Assembly (NCBI GenBank): GCA_900542715.1
Contig: UQOQ01000002.1
Span: 7,535-71,534, forward strand
Length of the DNA stretch: 64,000 nucleotides
Direction: 5' to 3'
Source: an uncultured Collinsella sp.
GTDB taxonomy: Bacteria > Actinomycetota > Coriobacteriia > Coriobacteriales > Coriobacteriaceae
Under the pieces are notes generated by a model. The model saw only the letters and a list, made by a program, of their open reading frames with translations, ran no database searches and was not told the DNA's origin. Position numbers and translations under genes: made by a program. This document shows positions 19,928 to 30,700 of the stretch, piece by piece (positions within the stretch are counted from its first letter, which is position 1; each line of letters starts with the position of its first letter).

Positions 19928-21631
19928 ATGAGCAATCCCTCGAACCGCGCTTCGATGCGCGGGCAACTCACGCTGCGCGGCGTCGTCATCGGCGTCCTTG
20001 GCTGCGTGATCATCACGGCAAGCTCGGCCTACACCGCCCTCAAGATGGGCGCACTCCCCTGGCCAATCGTCTTCGCTGCCGTCATCTCGCTGTTCTTCCT
20101 TAAGCTCATGGGCAACGCCAGCCTCAACGAGGCAAACGTCACCCACACCATCATGTCCGCAGGCGCCATGGTCGCCGGCGGTCTGGCGTTTACCATCCCG
20201 GGCGCCTGGATGCTGGGCTATGCCGACCAGATCAGCTGGCTCGACATGTTTATCGTGGCACTCGCCGGCACCATCCTGGGTCTGCTGGCCACCGCGCTCA
20301 TCCACCGTCACTTTATCGTGGACGCCGCGCTTGAGTTCCCCACCGGCAACGCCGCAGCTCAGACCTTGCGCGCAACCGAGGCTGGCGGCAAAACCGGCAA
20401 GCAGCTCTTTGGTTCCATGGCCATCGCCGGCATCTATAGCGTGCTGCGCGACGCCCTGGGCGTGGTGCCCAGCATGCTGTGCACGCTCAATATCCCCGGC
20501 GTGACCTTTGGCATCTACAACTCGCCCATGCTGCTCTCCGTCGGCTTCCTCGTGGGCTTCGCCCCGGTCACCTTCTGGTTTGCCGGTGCCCTGCTAGGCA
20601 ACTTTGGCATCATTGTGGGCGGCACCGCTGCCGGTCTGTTCGACGTTGTGACCGCGCAGGGCATCGTCAAGTCCTTGGGTATGGGCCTCATGATGGGCTT
20701 TGGCGTCGCCGTCGTCCTCAAGGACATCCTGCCGCAGGTCGCCGGTATCGTCCGCGGCCTCGCCGCCGACAGCTCCACCGACACCGACGAGCAGTCACTC
20801 ATCTCGGGCTCCCTTAAGCTCGACGCCGGTATCATCGGCCTGGGCGCTGCCGCCATCGCCGTGATCATCGCCATCGTGCTCGACCTTGGCCCCGTTCCGG
20901 CCGTCATCGTCACGCTGTTCACCTTTGTCACCACTATCATGAGCGCGCAGAGCTGCGGCCAGACGGGCATCGACCCCATGGAGATCTTTGGCCTCATCGT
21001 CATGCTCATCGTGGCTGCCTTTGCACAGATCGCGCAGGTCAAACTGTTCTTTATCGCCGGCATCGTAGCCGTGGCGTGCGGCCTTGCGGGCGACGTCATG
21101 AACGACTTTAAGGCCGGCGCCGTACTGGGCACCAACCCGCGTGCGCAGTGGATCGGCCAAGCCATTGGCGGCATCGTGGGCGCCCTGGTCGCCGCAGCCG
21201 TCATGGTCGCGCTCGTCACCGCCTATGGTCCGGACGCCTTTGGACCCGACAAGAGCTTTGTGGCCGCGCAGGCAAGTGTGGTCGCCACCATGGTCTCGGG
21301 CATCCCGAGCGTGCCGTGGTTCGCAGGCGGCTTTATCGCCGGCATCGTCATGTACTGGCTCGGCATTCCGGCCATGATGATCGGCCTGGGCGTGTACCTG
21401 CCGTTCTACATGTCGCTCACGGCATTCCTGGGCTCCTGTGTCAAGCTCGCCTACGACAAGTGGGCCGCACACCGCGACGCCGCCGCCGGCCTTTCGGACG
21501 AGGAGAAGGCCGCCAAGGATGCCGCCTTCCAGGAGCAGGGCCTGGTTGTCGCCAGTGGCCTGCTGGGCGGCGAGTCCATCGTCGGCGTTATCCTGGCGTT
21601 TGTCTCCGTGGGTCTGAGCCTGCTGGGCTAA
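19928..21631 (+). CDS. OPT family oligopeptide transporter
   Basis: LTLRGVVIG, FTIPG, LEFPTGNA, DFKAG and ASGLLGGE motifs; about 16 TM segments. Confidence 0.88.
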   Translation: MSNPSNRASMRGQLTLRGVVIGVLGCVIITASSAYTALKMGALPWPIVFAAVISLFFLKLMGNASLNEANVTHTIMSAGAMVAGGLAFTIPGAWMLGYADQISWLDMFIVALAGTILGLLATALIHRHFIVDAALEFPTGNAAAQTLRATEAGGKTGKQLFGSMAIAGIYSVLRDALGVVPSMLCTLNIPGVTFGIYNSPMLLSVGFLVGFAPVTFWFAGALLGNFGIIVGGTAAGLFDVVTAQGIVKSLGMGLMMGFGVAVVLKDILPQVAGIVRGLAADSSTDTDEQSLISGSLKLDAGIIGLGAAAIAVIIAIVLDLGPVPAVIVTLFTFVTTIMSAQSCGQTGIDPMEIFGLIVMLIVAAFAQIAQVKLFFIAGIVAVACGLAGDVMNDFKAGAVLGTNPRAQWIGQAIGGIVGALVAAAVMVALVTAYGPDAFGPDKSFVAAQASVVATMVSGIPSVPWFAGGFIAGIVMYWLGIPAMMIGLGVYLPFYMSLTAFLGSCVKLAYDKWAAHRDAAAGLSDEEKAAKDAAFQEQGLVVASGLLGGESIVGVILAFVSVGLSLLG

Positions 21632-21672
21632 GCTGAGCAGCTGCTCGACAGCAACCATATTGTCTACGATTT

Positions 21673-21766
21673 GCCCGGTCGGTAGCTTTTGCGGCTGCCG
21701 ACCGGGCTTTTTGATATCGAAACAAAGAAAGGCCGGCGCGCTGCATATGACAGCGCGCCGGCCTTA
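21673..21766. terminator. Two hairpin terminators between convergent genes
   Basis: GCCCGGTCGG...CCGACCGGGCTTTTT and AAGGCCGGCGCGCTG...CAGCGCGCCGGCCTT. Confidence 0.7.
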
Positions 21767-21831
21767 TCGTTTGGCTATCGAGACGGTCCCGCTATTAATT
21801 GAAGTTCACTGCAGAGCCGACACCCGAATCA

Positions 21832-24800
21832 CTACATCTGCTTGCGACGACGATCGCTCAGCGTCACACCAGCGGCCACGAGGGTGATACCGCCGATGAC
21901 GAACACCTCGCCCGCAAGAGCGGAATTGTCGCCAGTCTGGGCGAGCTTATCCGACGTAGCCTTCTGCTTGCCTGCGGGAGCCTTTGCAGCTGCCTGCGTG
22001 ACCTGGGGCTTGGCCTGCAGCTTGGTCTGCGGCTCGGCCTTGGGGTGGTACTTGTCGTACTCGGCCTGTGCGGCAGCCAGGGCATCCTTAGCATCGTTAA
22101 GCTCGGCAAGCGCGGCGGCATAGGCGTCGTTGGCATCGGACAGTTTGGCATCGGCATCGCTCAGGGCAGCCTTGAGACCAGCAGCGGCATCGACGGCGGC
22201 CTTATAGCGAGCGTAGGCAGCGTTAAGCTTGACCAGCTTCTCGTTACCCGTCGTGCCCGCGGCAAGAGAGGCCTTGTGGTCGACAGCCTCAAGATCGGCC
22301 TTGAGTGCCTCATCGCTGGCAAGCTCGGCCTTGGCCTTGACGATCTCGAAGCTCGCATCGACGACGGCTTTGTTGGCGGCCTCGAGCTGCTTCTGGGCAT
22401 CGGCGACACCGGCGACGGCAGCGTCATAGGCGGCCTTGGCGTCGTCGACCGCCTTCTGGGCGCCGGCGAAGCGCTCGAAGGCCTTGTTTGCGGTGGCCAG
22501 ATCGCCCTCGGCGGCCTTGAGCTTCTCCTGTGCGTCGGACAGGGCTTGCTTCTTGGCGGCAACTGCCTGCTTGGCGTCCGAAAGAGCGGTCGCGGCGTGC
22601 ACATCTGCGGCCTGGGCCTTGTCAACGCCAGCCTGGGCAGTGTCGTCGGCCTTCTTGGCCTCGTCTAGCGTGACCTGCTTGTTCGCAAGGTCCGTCTTGG
22701 CGGCATCGCGCTTGGCGGTAAGGTCCTTGACCGAAGCCGTGGTGTTGTCATACGCCTCGTTGGCTTGATCGGACTTTACCTTGGCGGCGTCGCGGGCGCT
22801 GCGAGCCTTCGCCTTGTGAGCAGCGGCATCGGCTGCCTTCGCCTTGCTGTCAGCAAGCGTGGCGTTTGCCTTATCGAGAGCTGTCTGGGCAGTAGCGGCC
22901 TTGCTCTTGGCGGCTTCGAGCTTGGTCTGGGGCGTTTTGACGTCGATACCCTTGAGTTTGGCTTCGGCGGCGTCGTATGCCGTCTTCGCGGCGGCGGTGC
23001 CGGACTTAGCCTTATCATACTCGCCCTTGGCGGTGTTCACATTCGTGTCGGCCGCGGTATAGGCGTCGCGAGCGCTTTCTTGCTTATCCAATGCGTTAGA
23101 ATAAGCCGTTCCAGCGGTTCCGAAGTTCTTCTGCGCCTCCGCCAGCTTATTCTGAAGCTGCTTCAGCTGCTCCTTCTGCTCCTGCGTGCCGCCTGCGTTG
23201 TAGGCGGATTCGATGTAGTCGTTGACGAGCTTCTTGAACTCGGAGACAGTGAAATCTGTTTGGGTCGCGCTTCCGCTATAGTCGAAAACGGTTACCTCGG
23301 AATCGGTGTTCTTACCGCTACCAGTCGCGATACCGATGGCTGTCGCTCCTGCATCGATGATGTTGAGATAGTGCCCGCACTCTTGGTAGATGCTGTTGTA
23401 GTGCTGGTAGATATAGTAGGAATCATATCGATGGCTTCCAAGTGCGTCGCCATGCTCCTCGACGTACTTATCGAATGCCTCCTTCTCCTGGGTGTAGAGG
23501 CCGGTATATGGCCAGCCGAGCGTATCCTCGGTCTCGCCTCCTGTATATGCACCGCCGCCGCCGGCAAGATTTTCTCCCTTGTCGAAATAGCAGTCCGAGT
23601 GCCCCCACTTGTTCGATGAATATGAGGCATTAAGAGCTGCTGCCGCAGTCATGCGGAGGCTGACGCTAAGCTCCGACTGACCGTTCGCCTTGCGGAGGTT
23701 ATTCTGGGTATCGAGATAGGTCAGGGCATTACGCATCTGTTCCAAGGAGAGCGGGTTGGTGTCACGGGACATGTCCTGATCGACGTAAATACCATACCAG
23801 TCCTGTTTACCTTTCGTCCCCATGAGCATCGACGCGGCAGTACTTGCGTTCGACTTCTGCGTTGCCGTGAACTGGCTGCTTCCGATGATGTAGTTCATGA
23901 AGCCGAACATGCCCTGGCTGATGACATTCTGGTCTACGGTCATGTTCGACTTGAGGTCGGCAATCTGCTGATTAAGCTTCTCGACCTCGGCGTTTGCGGC
24001 GTCGTATGCATTGTGCGCGTCGGTTACTTCAGCACGAGCCTGATCGAACTCGTCGCGCTTCTGCTGGCGAACCTCGACGAGTCGGTCGTACTCCGCCTTC
24101 TTGTCGGCCTCGGTCTGCTGGGCCTGCTCGTATGCCGTCTTCGCGGCGTCGCGCTCGCTGGCGGCGGCGTTGTACTCCTTGTTTGCCGCATCGTATGCAG
24201 ACTGGGCAGATGCCACAGCAGCGTTGGCGGCGTTGGCCTTCTCCTGCGCGGCAGCGACGGCAGCCTGGGCGGCCTGCAGATTTGTCTGTGCGGTGGCGTC
24301 GGCATCCGTCGCGGCATTGAGCTCCGCCTGCGCGGTCTTGAGCTCACCAGCAGCAGCTTTCTTGGCGGCCTCAAGCGCACTCAGGTCAACACCCGTACCC
24401 GAGACGGCAGCATCGAGCGCGGCCTGCGCCTGGTTGAACTTCTGCTGGGCGTTATCGCGCGCGGTGGTTGCGGCTGCGAGAGCGGCGGCAGTCTCCTGCT
24501 TTTTGGCCTGGGCGGAAGTCAGAGCGGCCTCGGTATTCTGCTTTTCCTGCTGGGCGCTGGCCTCGGCAGCCTTGGCCTGGTCCAGATTGTCCTGTGCAGT
24601 AGTAACGGCCTTATTGGCGTCATCGAGCTTTGCCTGCGCGTCCTCGACGGCCTTCTTGGCGGCCTCGTACTCGTCCATACCCATGGCCTCGAGCTTGGCC
24701 TGGGCATCATCGAGGGCCTTCTTGGCCTCATCCTGCTTTGCCTTGGCGTCCTTGAGCGCCTGGGTCTTATCCTCGACACTCTTGTTGGCCTGTTCGAGCT

Positions 24801-25299
24801 GATCGTTCAGGTCGCCCAGCTTCTTCTGCTGCTGCTCGGTCTTTTCGACGGCAGCTTTGAGCTCGTCAATCTTCTCCTGGAGCGCGGCGACTTCTGCTGC
24901 GTTCTGCTCGATTTCGTTGTCGCTCACAGCCTGCGAGGCCTGATTCTTTTGCTGCTGTGCCTGTTTTTGAGACTGGCCCGCCGCATCGGCCTTCTTCTGA
25001 GCCGCATCGTAGGCGGCCTGAGCGTCCTTGAGCTGCTTTGCCGACTCCTCTGCCAGCTGGGCAGCCGTCTTTACGACCGCTTGGTTACCGGCGGCAACGG
25101 TGTTCTCTACAGAACTACCCACCCCCTGAACAGAATCGCCGTTATCTGCCGTCGGTGCGGCGATTGCCGCCAGCGGCGACATGAGCGGCTGAGCGATGAG
25201 GCCCGCCGTCAAAACGGTTGCGACGGCGCGGTTGGCAACGCCCTTGACGTTGACGGCCTTAGCCCGAGGCTCAAAGTGTTGTGGACTGTAGTTTGCCAT
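21832..25299 (-). CDS. Sortase-anchored surface protein: Ala/Lys/Gln coiled coils around a central CAP/SCP-like domain
   Basis: Signal peptide ending AAIA; long heptad-rich segments; NNLRKANGQSEL...GENLA...GHYLNII (CAP hallmarks); C-terminal LAQTG, TM segment and RRRK. Confidence 0.85.
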   Translation of the reverse strand: MANYSPQHFEPRAKAVNVKGVANRAVATVLTAGLIAQPLMSPLAAIAAPTADNGDSVQGVGSSVENTVAAGNQAVVKTAAQLAEESAKQLKDAQAAYDAAQKKADAAGQSQKQAQQQKNQASQAVSDNEIEQNAAEVAALQEKIDELKAAVEKTEQQQKKLGDLNDQLEQANKSVEDKTQALKDAKAKQDEAKKALDDAQAKLEAMGMDEYEAAKKAVEDAQAKLDDANKAVTTAQDNLDQAKAAEASAQQEKQNTEAALTSAQAKKQETAAALAAATTARDNAQQKFNQAQAALDAAVSGTGVDLSALEAAKKAAAGELKTAQAELNAATDADATAQTNLQAAQAAVAAAQEKANAANAAVASAQSAYDAANKEYNAAASERDAAKTAYEQAQQTEADKKAEYDRLVEVRQQKRDEFDQARAEVTDAHNAYDAANAEVEKLNQQIADLKSNMTVDQNVISQGMFGFMNYIIGSSQFTATQKSNASTAASMLMGTKGKQDWYGIYVDQDMSRDTNPLSLEQMRNALTYLDTQNNLRKANGQSELSVSLRMTAAAALNASYSSNKWGHSDCYFDKGENLAGGGGAYTGGETEDTLGWPYTGLYTQEKEAFDKYVEEHGDALGSHRYDSYYIYQHYNSIYQECGHYLNIIDAGATAIGIATGSGKNTDSEVTVFDYSGSATQTDFTVSEFKKLVNDYIESAYNAGGTQEQKEQLKQLQNKLAEAQKNFGTAGTAYSNALDKQESARDAYTAADTNVNTAKGEYDKAKSGTAAAKTAYDAAEAKLKGIDVKTPQTKLEAAKSKAATAQTALDKANATLADSKAKAADAAAHKAKARSARDAAKVKSDQANEAYDNTTASVKDLTAKRDAAKTDLANKQVTLDEAKKADDTAQAGVDKAQAADVHAATALSDAKQAVAAKKQALSDAQEKLKAAEGDLATANKAFERFAGAQKAVDDAKAAYDAAVAGVADAQKQLEAANKAVVDASFEIVKAKAELASDEALKADLEAVDHKASLAAGTTGNEKLVKLNAAYARYKAAVDAAAGLKAALSDADAKLSDANDAYAAALAELNDAKDALAAAQAEYDKYHPKAEPQTKLQAKPQVTQAAAKAPAGKQKATSDKLAQTGDNSALAGEVFVIGGITLVAAGVTLSDRRRKQM

Positions 25300-25606
25300 G
25301 GCTTTCTCCCTTTGACACGGATGTATCCATACGCTTCAAAATGTAGGTGCCGATTTTTGAATTCTGTTGCGCAACATTGGTCACCGGCGGATTTTTTGAA
25401 ATTCGCGCTCTCGTGCTTCACAATTTCGTCACATATGTAGGAGCTGGCGCATCATATTCTTGCGGGATCGAATTGGGCCTGTGATTTGCATTTGCTCCCG
25501 CGTCATCCGCCCTATCGGATTCCGCATCCAACAGACACCCCGCCCGCCACGGTGTAGAGTTAGGACAACGGGCGCGTTGCGCGGACCGCGCTGGAACGAG
25601 GTGGAC

Positions 25607-26746
25607 ATGGAACTCGACAAACAACAGATCGAACGACTGCGTGAGCGTCATCATCGGCGTCACGGCATCCGCCCTGCTCATAGCGAAGCCATGGAAAACG
25701 TCACCCGCTTCCTCAAGCGCGCATTCAACATTCGCGAGGGACGCGCGCCCTATCACGTGATCCGCAAGCGTTTTGTAAACGGGGCGCGTCTGACCGGCTC
25801 CCACCTATGCATCCTCATCATCGCCATGTTGATCGCGAGCATCGGCCTCGATATCGATTCGGACATCGCCATCGTGGGCGCCATGCTCATCTGCCCGCTC
25901 ATGGGCTCGGTTCTTGCCATGGCATACGGCATTGCCACGCTCGACCGCGAGATTACCGTCGAAGCCGTCGCCGGCCTTGCGCTGCAAATGGCCTTTTGCC
26001 TGGTCACATCCACGTTGTACTTTAAGCTCTCGCCCCTTGGCACCACCACGGCCGCCATTATCGACAATTCGACACCAACTGTCTGGGACCTCGCTGTCGC
26101 GCTCGCCGGCGGCTTTGCAGGCGGCCTGGGCAACTCGCGCGACCAGGAACCCGCCACGCTCATCGCCGGTGTGGCCGTGGCGACCGCGCTCATGCCACCC
26201 CTGTGCGCGGCGGGCTACGGCATCGCCATCGCAAGCGGGTCGCTGTTTCTCTCGGCGCTTTACGAGTTTGGCATCAACGTGGTCTTTATCGCACTGGCTG
26301 CCGAAGCCGTACTACTTCTATTGCGTGTGCCGCTCAAGCGCGACCTCAACGGCGACGGTATTGTGACTGCTGAGGAAAATGCCGAGGTCGACGAGCTGTC
26401 ACGCAAGGTGCGCCGCCGCATTATTGTGGGCACGGTGATCTTTGCCATCCCCTGCATCGTTATGACCGCGGGGTCTATTGGCTCGGCGCAGGTCGGCGTG
26501 CAGGACGGCTACGGCGTCACCGAGACCACACGCGAGCTTGCCGCGGTGCTGCCGGGCTTTAAGGATTACACCGTCGCCGTCGAGACCTCGGCCACCGAAG
26601 GGGACGAGGAAGGCATTGTAGAGCGCGAAATCGTCGCCCACGTGACGACGAGCGAGACACTCGGGGCACACGACCGTCACGTCGCCCGCAAGCTCATCGA
26701 CCTCAACGCACCCGAACTCGATCGCGTGGAGTTCGATGTGAAGTAA
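25607..26746 (+). CDS. DUF389 family membrane protein
   Basis: IASIGL, GAMLICPLMG and GVAVATALMPPL motifs; RBS GAGGTGG before MELD. Confidence 0.88.
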   Translation: MELDKQQIERLRERHHRRHGIRPAHSEAMENVTRFLKRAFNIREGRAPYHVIRKRFVNGARLTGSHLCILIIAMLIASIGLDIDSDIAIVGAMLICPLMGSVLAMAYGIATLDREITVEAVAGLALQMAFCLVTSTLYFKLSPLGTTTAAIIDNSTPTVWDLAVALAGGFAGGLGNSRDQEPATLIAGVAVATALMPPLCAAGYGIAIASGSLFLSALYEFGINVVFIALAAEAVLLLLRVPLKRDLNGDGIVTAEENAEVDELSRKVRRRIIVGTVIFAIPCIVMTAGSIGSAQVGVQDGYGVTETTRELAAVLPGFKDYTVAVETSATEGDEEGIVEREIVAHVTTSETLGAHDRHVARKLIDLNAPELDRVEFDVK

Positions 26747-26802
26747 CGTGATGTAGGGCGCAGTTCACGACTGCGCCCCGCTCGCTGTTTTATTGCCGTG
26801 AA

Positions 26803-27252
26803 TCAACTGTCCACATCGACATCGCCAGACTCCACCATAAACGCCGGATCGGTGCTCACCAGATAAAAACGGGTCACCTTGGTATCTCTAAATAGGTAGA
26901 GCAAGCCCTGATCGCGTCGGCGCGAAATATACGCCACGTGGACCGTACCGAATTCTTCGCCGTTTTCATTCTTTAATACCAGAATGTTGGGGTCGTCCAT
27001 ACGCTCGAACTGCCCATCAACGCAGTCGCCGCCTTTGCCGACCAGTTGCCACCGATGGTTATCCTCTTCAAGAAAGGCCAGGGTTTCCAGACTTGTTTTG
27101 TCATCACGATAGTAACCGTCAATGGCAAAACCTTCGGAAACGCATTCCTGCATATAGGATGTTTCTCGACTTATGGCGAGTTGCCCTGTAGCGCCCAGAA
27201 GCACTGCCAGGCAAACCACTGCAACGGTTATCGAGACAAAACGGCGGCTCAT
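26803..27252 (-). CDS. Hypothetical membrane-anchored or secreted protein
   Basis: 149 aa with an N-terminal hydrophobic segment, in AT-richer DNA. The N-terminus may be frameshifted (see findings). Confidence 0.6.
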   Translation of the reverse strand: MSRRFVSITVAVVCLAVLLGATGQLAISRETSYMQECVSEGFAIDGYYRDDKTSLETLAFLEEDNHRWQLVGKGGDCVDGQFERMDDPNILVLKNENGEEFGTVHVAYISRRRDQGLLYLFRDTKVTRFYLVSTDPAFMVESGDVDVDS

Positions 27253-27485
27253 GTCAGCCAGCCCGATACTTGTTTAACGGAGCACGAAACATACTTGGTA
27301 CCTCCGATATCATGGCGAACGTCACCTACGGCCTGTCGGCAATCATATGTTTCCAACATCAAACCATATGGTTACAACTCGTTGTAGATAGGTTCCATGA
27401 ACGGACGATAATTTGCGGCGAACGGCTACATATGTTCATTATCTCAGGGTTCTGGAGGCAATTTTTGGTGCCACCGAGACGTTGT

Positions 27486-27616
27486 TTTCGGAAGTATGCG
27501 GCAAATTCCGGAGCCCTCGAGCACACCCCGGTTTTTCACCAATAAAACCGCAGGTACAAAGCTTGGGCATATCCAGTGTGCTCGGCCTATTCAAATTTTG
27601 CCGCATACTTCCGAAA
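27486..27616. repeat. MITE-like element with perfect 20-bp terminal inverted repeats
   Basis: TTTCGGAAGTATGCGGCAAA (27486-27505) / TTTGCCGCATACTTCCGAAA (27597-27616); inner CGAGCACAC/GTGTGCTCG. Confidence 0.75.
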
Positions 27617-27733
27617 TCTAAGTTCGCAGGGGGTGATAGTTGGACCGTTTACGCAACAGATGTCCAGTAAAAACGGGTGGTAACCGGTACGGCTGCCACC
27701 CGTTTGTCCCATATCTAGCCCATAGCAGGCCAG

Positions 27734-30700
27734 TTACTTCTTAATGCCGCGTCCCAGGCGCTCAGCGACCGATGCCACGGCCTCCTCGCTGGCCGGTCCG
27801 CAGCTCACGCAGCCATCGTGGGCGCGCATCTGGCCGGTGACCTCGTCCATCGCGAGCGGCGCCACCTTCTCGAGCTTAAAGCCCTTGCCGGCGCGCATGT
27901 TTTCCTTGGCCACGCTGATCATGAGCTTAATACGGTTGAGCTGGTTGACCTCGGACGCACCAGGATCATAGTCCACCGCGACAATATTGCTCTCGGGGTG
28001 CTGACGGCGCAGCTCCTTGATCACGGCCTTGCCCACCACGTGGTTAGGCAGGCACGCGAAGGGCTGCGTGCAGATGATGTTAGGCGCACCATGGTCGATC
28101 AGGTCGAGCATCTCGGCCGTAAGTAACCAGCCCTCGCCCATGTTGTTACACACCGAAAGCACCGTACGGGCCTTGTCGGCCATGGTGCCGATGCGCTCGG
28201 GCGCCTCAAAGCGGCGGGACTTTTCGAGCATCTCCTCCACCGGCGTACGCATCCAGTCCACGAGCTTGATGAGCGCCTGCATGCCAGCGCGCGTGGTAGC
28301 AGAGCTACCCAGCTCGTCCTTCTGCAGCTCGGCGTTGCTCATGGAGTACAGGAAGAAGTCGAGCAGACCCGGCACCACGGCCTCGCAGCCCTCGCGCTCG
28401 ATAACGTCGACCACGTGGTTGTTGGCCGTGGGATGGAACTTGACCAGAATCTCGCCGACCACGCCCACGCGCGGCTTGGTGCCCTCGCCCACGAGCGGCA
28501 TGGTGTCGAACGCGCGAATGGCCTCGCGGCACAGCTTGGTGTAGTTGTGCCTGTTGAACTTAGGCGCCAGCTTGCGGGCGCGCGCCATGTACTCCTCGTA
28601 GAGCGCGTTCGCCGCACCGGGCGTAGCCTCGTACGGGCGGCAGCGGTAGAGCATCTGCATCATCACGTCGCCAAAGAGCACCGCGTACACGGCCTGCTTA
28701 AGCAGCGCCGGCGTAATCTTAAAGCCGGGGTTGTCCTCGCCGAGCGCCACGGCAGAAAGCGAGATCACCGGGATCTCGGGGTGGCCGCTCTCGCGCAGGG
28801 CCTTGCGGATGAGTGCGATGTAGTTTGTGGCACGGCAGCCGCCGCCGGTCTGGCTGATAACCACGGCCGTCTTGGAGAGGTCGTACCGACCGCTCTCGAT
28901 GGCCTCCATAATCTGACCCGTTACCAGAATCGACGGGTAGCAAATGTCATTATTCACATAGCGCAGACCGGCCTCGACGGCATCGTGATCGGTCGAGGGC
29001 AGCAGCTCCAAGTTGTAGCCGGCACCGCGAAACACCTCTTTGACCAGGTCAAAGTGGATCGGCGCCATCTGCGGGCACAGGATGGTGTAGCCCTCGTCGC
29101 GCATCTGCTCGGTAAAGGGCACCTTGGGCCACGCGGTCGAAGCACTCTCGCGCTGAGCCTCAAACGTGTACTTGCGGCTCGCGAACGCGGGAGCATCCGT
29201 GGAGGGCGCCACCGGCGCGGCATCGCCCTGCTCGTAGGCCTCGCCCGCGGCCGTGGCCTCGGCCAAGCGCTCGGCCTCCTGGTCCTTGAGCGCGGCCATG
29301 AGCGAGCGGATGCGGATGCGCGCGGCGCCCAGGTTGGACACCTCGTCAATCTTGAGCACGGTGTAGATCTTGCCGCTGGCTTCCAGAATCTCCTGCACCT
29401 GGTCGGTGGTCAGGGCGTCCAGACCGCAGCCGAAAGAGTTGAGCTGGATCAGGTCCAAATCGTTGCGCATCGTCACAAAACGGGCGACGGCGTACAGGCG
29501 GCTGTGGTACATCCACTGGTCGACGACGCGAATCGGACGCTCGGGCTTTACAAGATGCGCGAGCGAATCCTCGGTAAAGACCGCAAAGCCAAAGCTCGAG
29601 ATAAGCTCGGGCAGGGCATGGTTGATCTCGGGGTCGTTATGGTAGGGGCGGCCGGCGAGCACGATGCCGTGACCACCGTGGTCCTCGACCCACTTAAGAG
29701 CCTCCTCGCCCATGGTCTGGATGTCCTCGTGGAAACGCGCATCGGCCTCAAAGGCAGCGTTGACGGCGGCATCGACCTCGGAGCGCGTGATCTTGGGTCC
29801 ACGCACGCGACCACGACCAGCCTCGGCATCGGCCACGCGGTCGACGGCGAGCACCTGATACAGACGGCGCTTGAGCTCGGTCTTGTCGTGATAGGGCACA
29901 AACGGGTACAGGAACTCGATGTTCTGCTCGCGAATCTCATCAATGTTGAGCGCCAGCGCCGTGGGGTAGCTCATGACGATGGGGCAGTTGTAGCAGTTAC
30001 CGGCCGTCGGATCCTCTTTGCGCTCCCAGCGCACGCACGGCATCCAGATGAAGTCGACGTCACGGTCGATAAGGTTCATCACGTGGCCGTGGCTCATCTT
30101 TGCCGGATAGCACACGCTCTCGGACGGCATGGACTCGATACCCGCCTGGTAGGTCTTTTTGCTCGACTGGTCGGACAGTTGCACGCTAAAGCCCAGACGC
30201 GTAAAGAACGCGTGCCAGAAGGGGTAGTTCTCGTACATGTTGAGTGCGCGGGGGATGCCGACGGTGCCGCGCGGGGCCTCGTCGGGGCTCAGCACCTCGC
30301 GGTTAAACAGCAGCTCGTTTTTCTTTTTGAAGAGGTTGGGGGCCTCGGTCTTTTGCTTTTTGTGGCCGGCGCCCTTCTCGCAGCGGTTGCCGGTAATGAA
30401 GCGCCTGCCGCCGCCAAAATCGTTGACGGTAAGCTGGCAGTTGTTGGAGCAACGTCCGCAGCGGACGTGCTTTTGCGTCACGGTGAGGTGCGCGATGTCC
30501 TCGGCCGAAAGGATGGTCGAGGTGCCGTCGGCGCCGGCGCGATCGCGGGCGAGCAGGGCCGCACCGTAGGCGCCCATACAGCCGGCGATGTCGGGGCGCA
30601 CGGCGTGAACACCGGTGAGCTGCTCAAACGCACGCAGCGTGGCGTCGGACATAAAGGTGCCGCCTTGGACGATCACCTGATTGCCGATCTCCTTGGGGTC

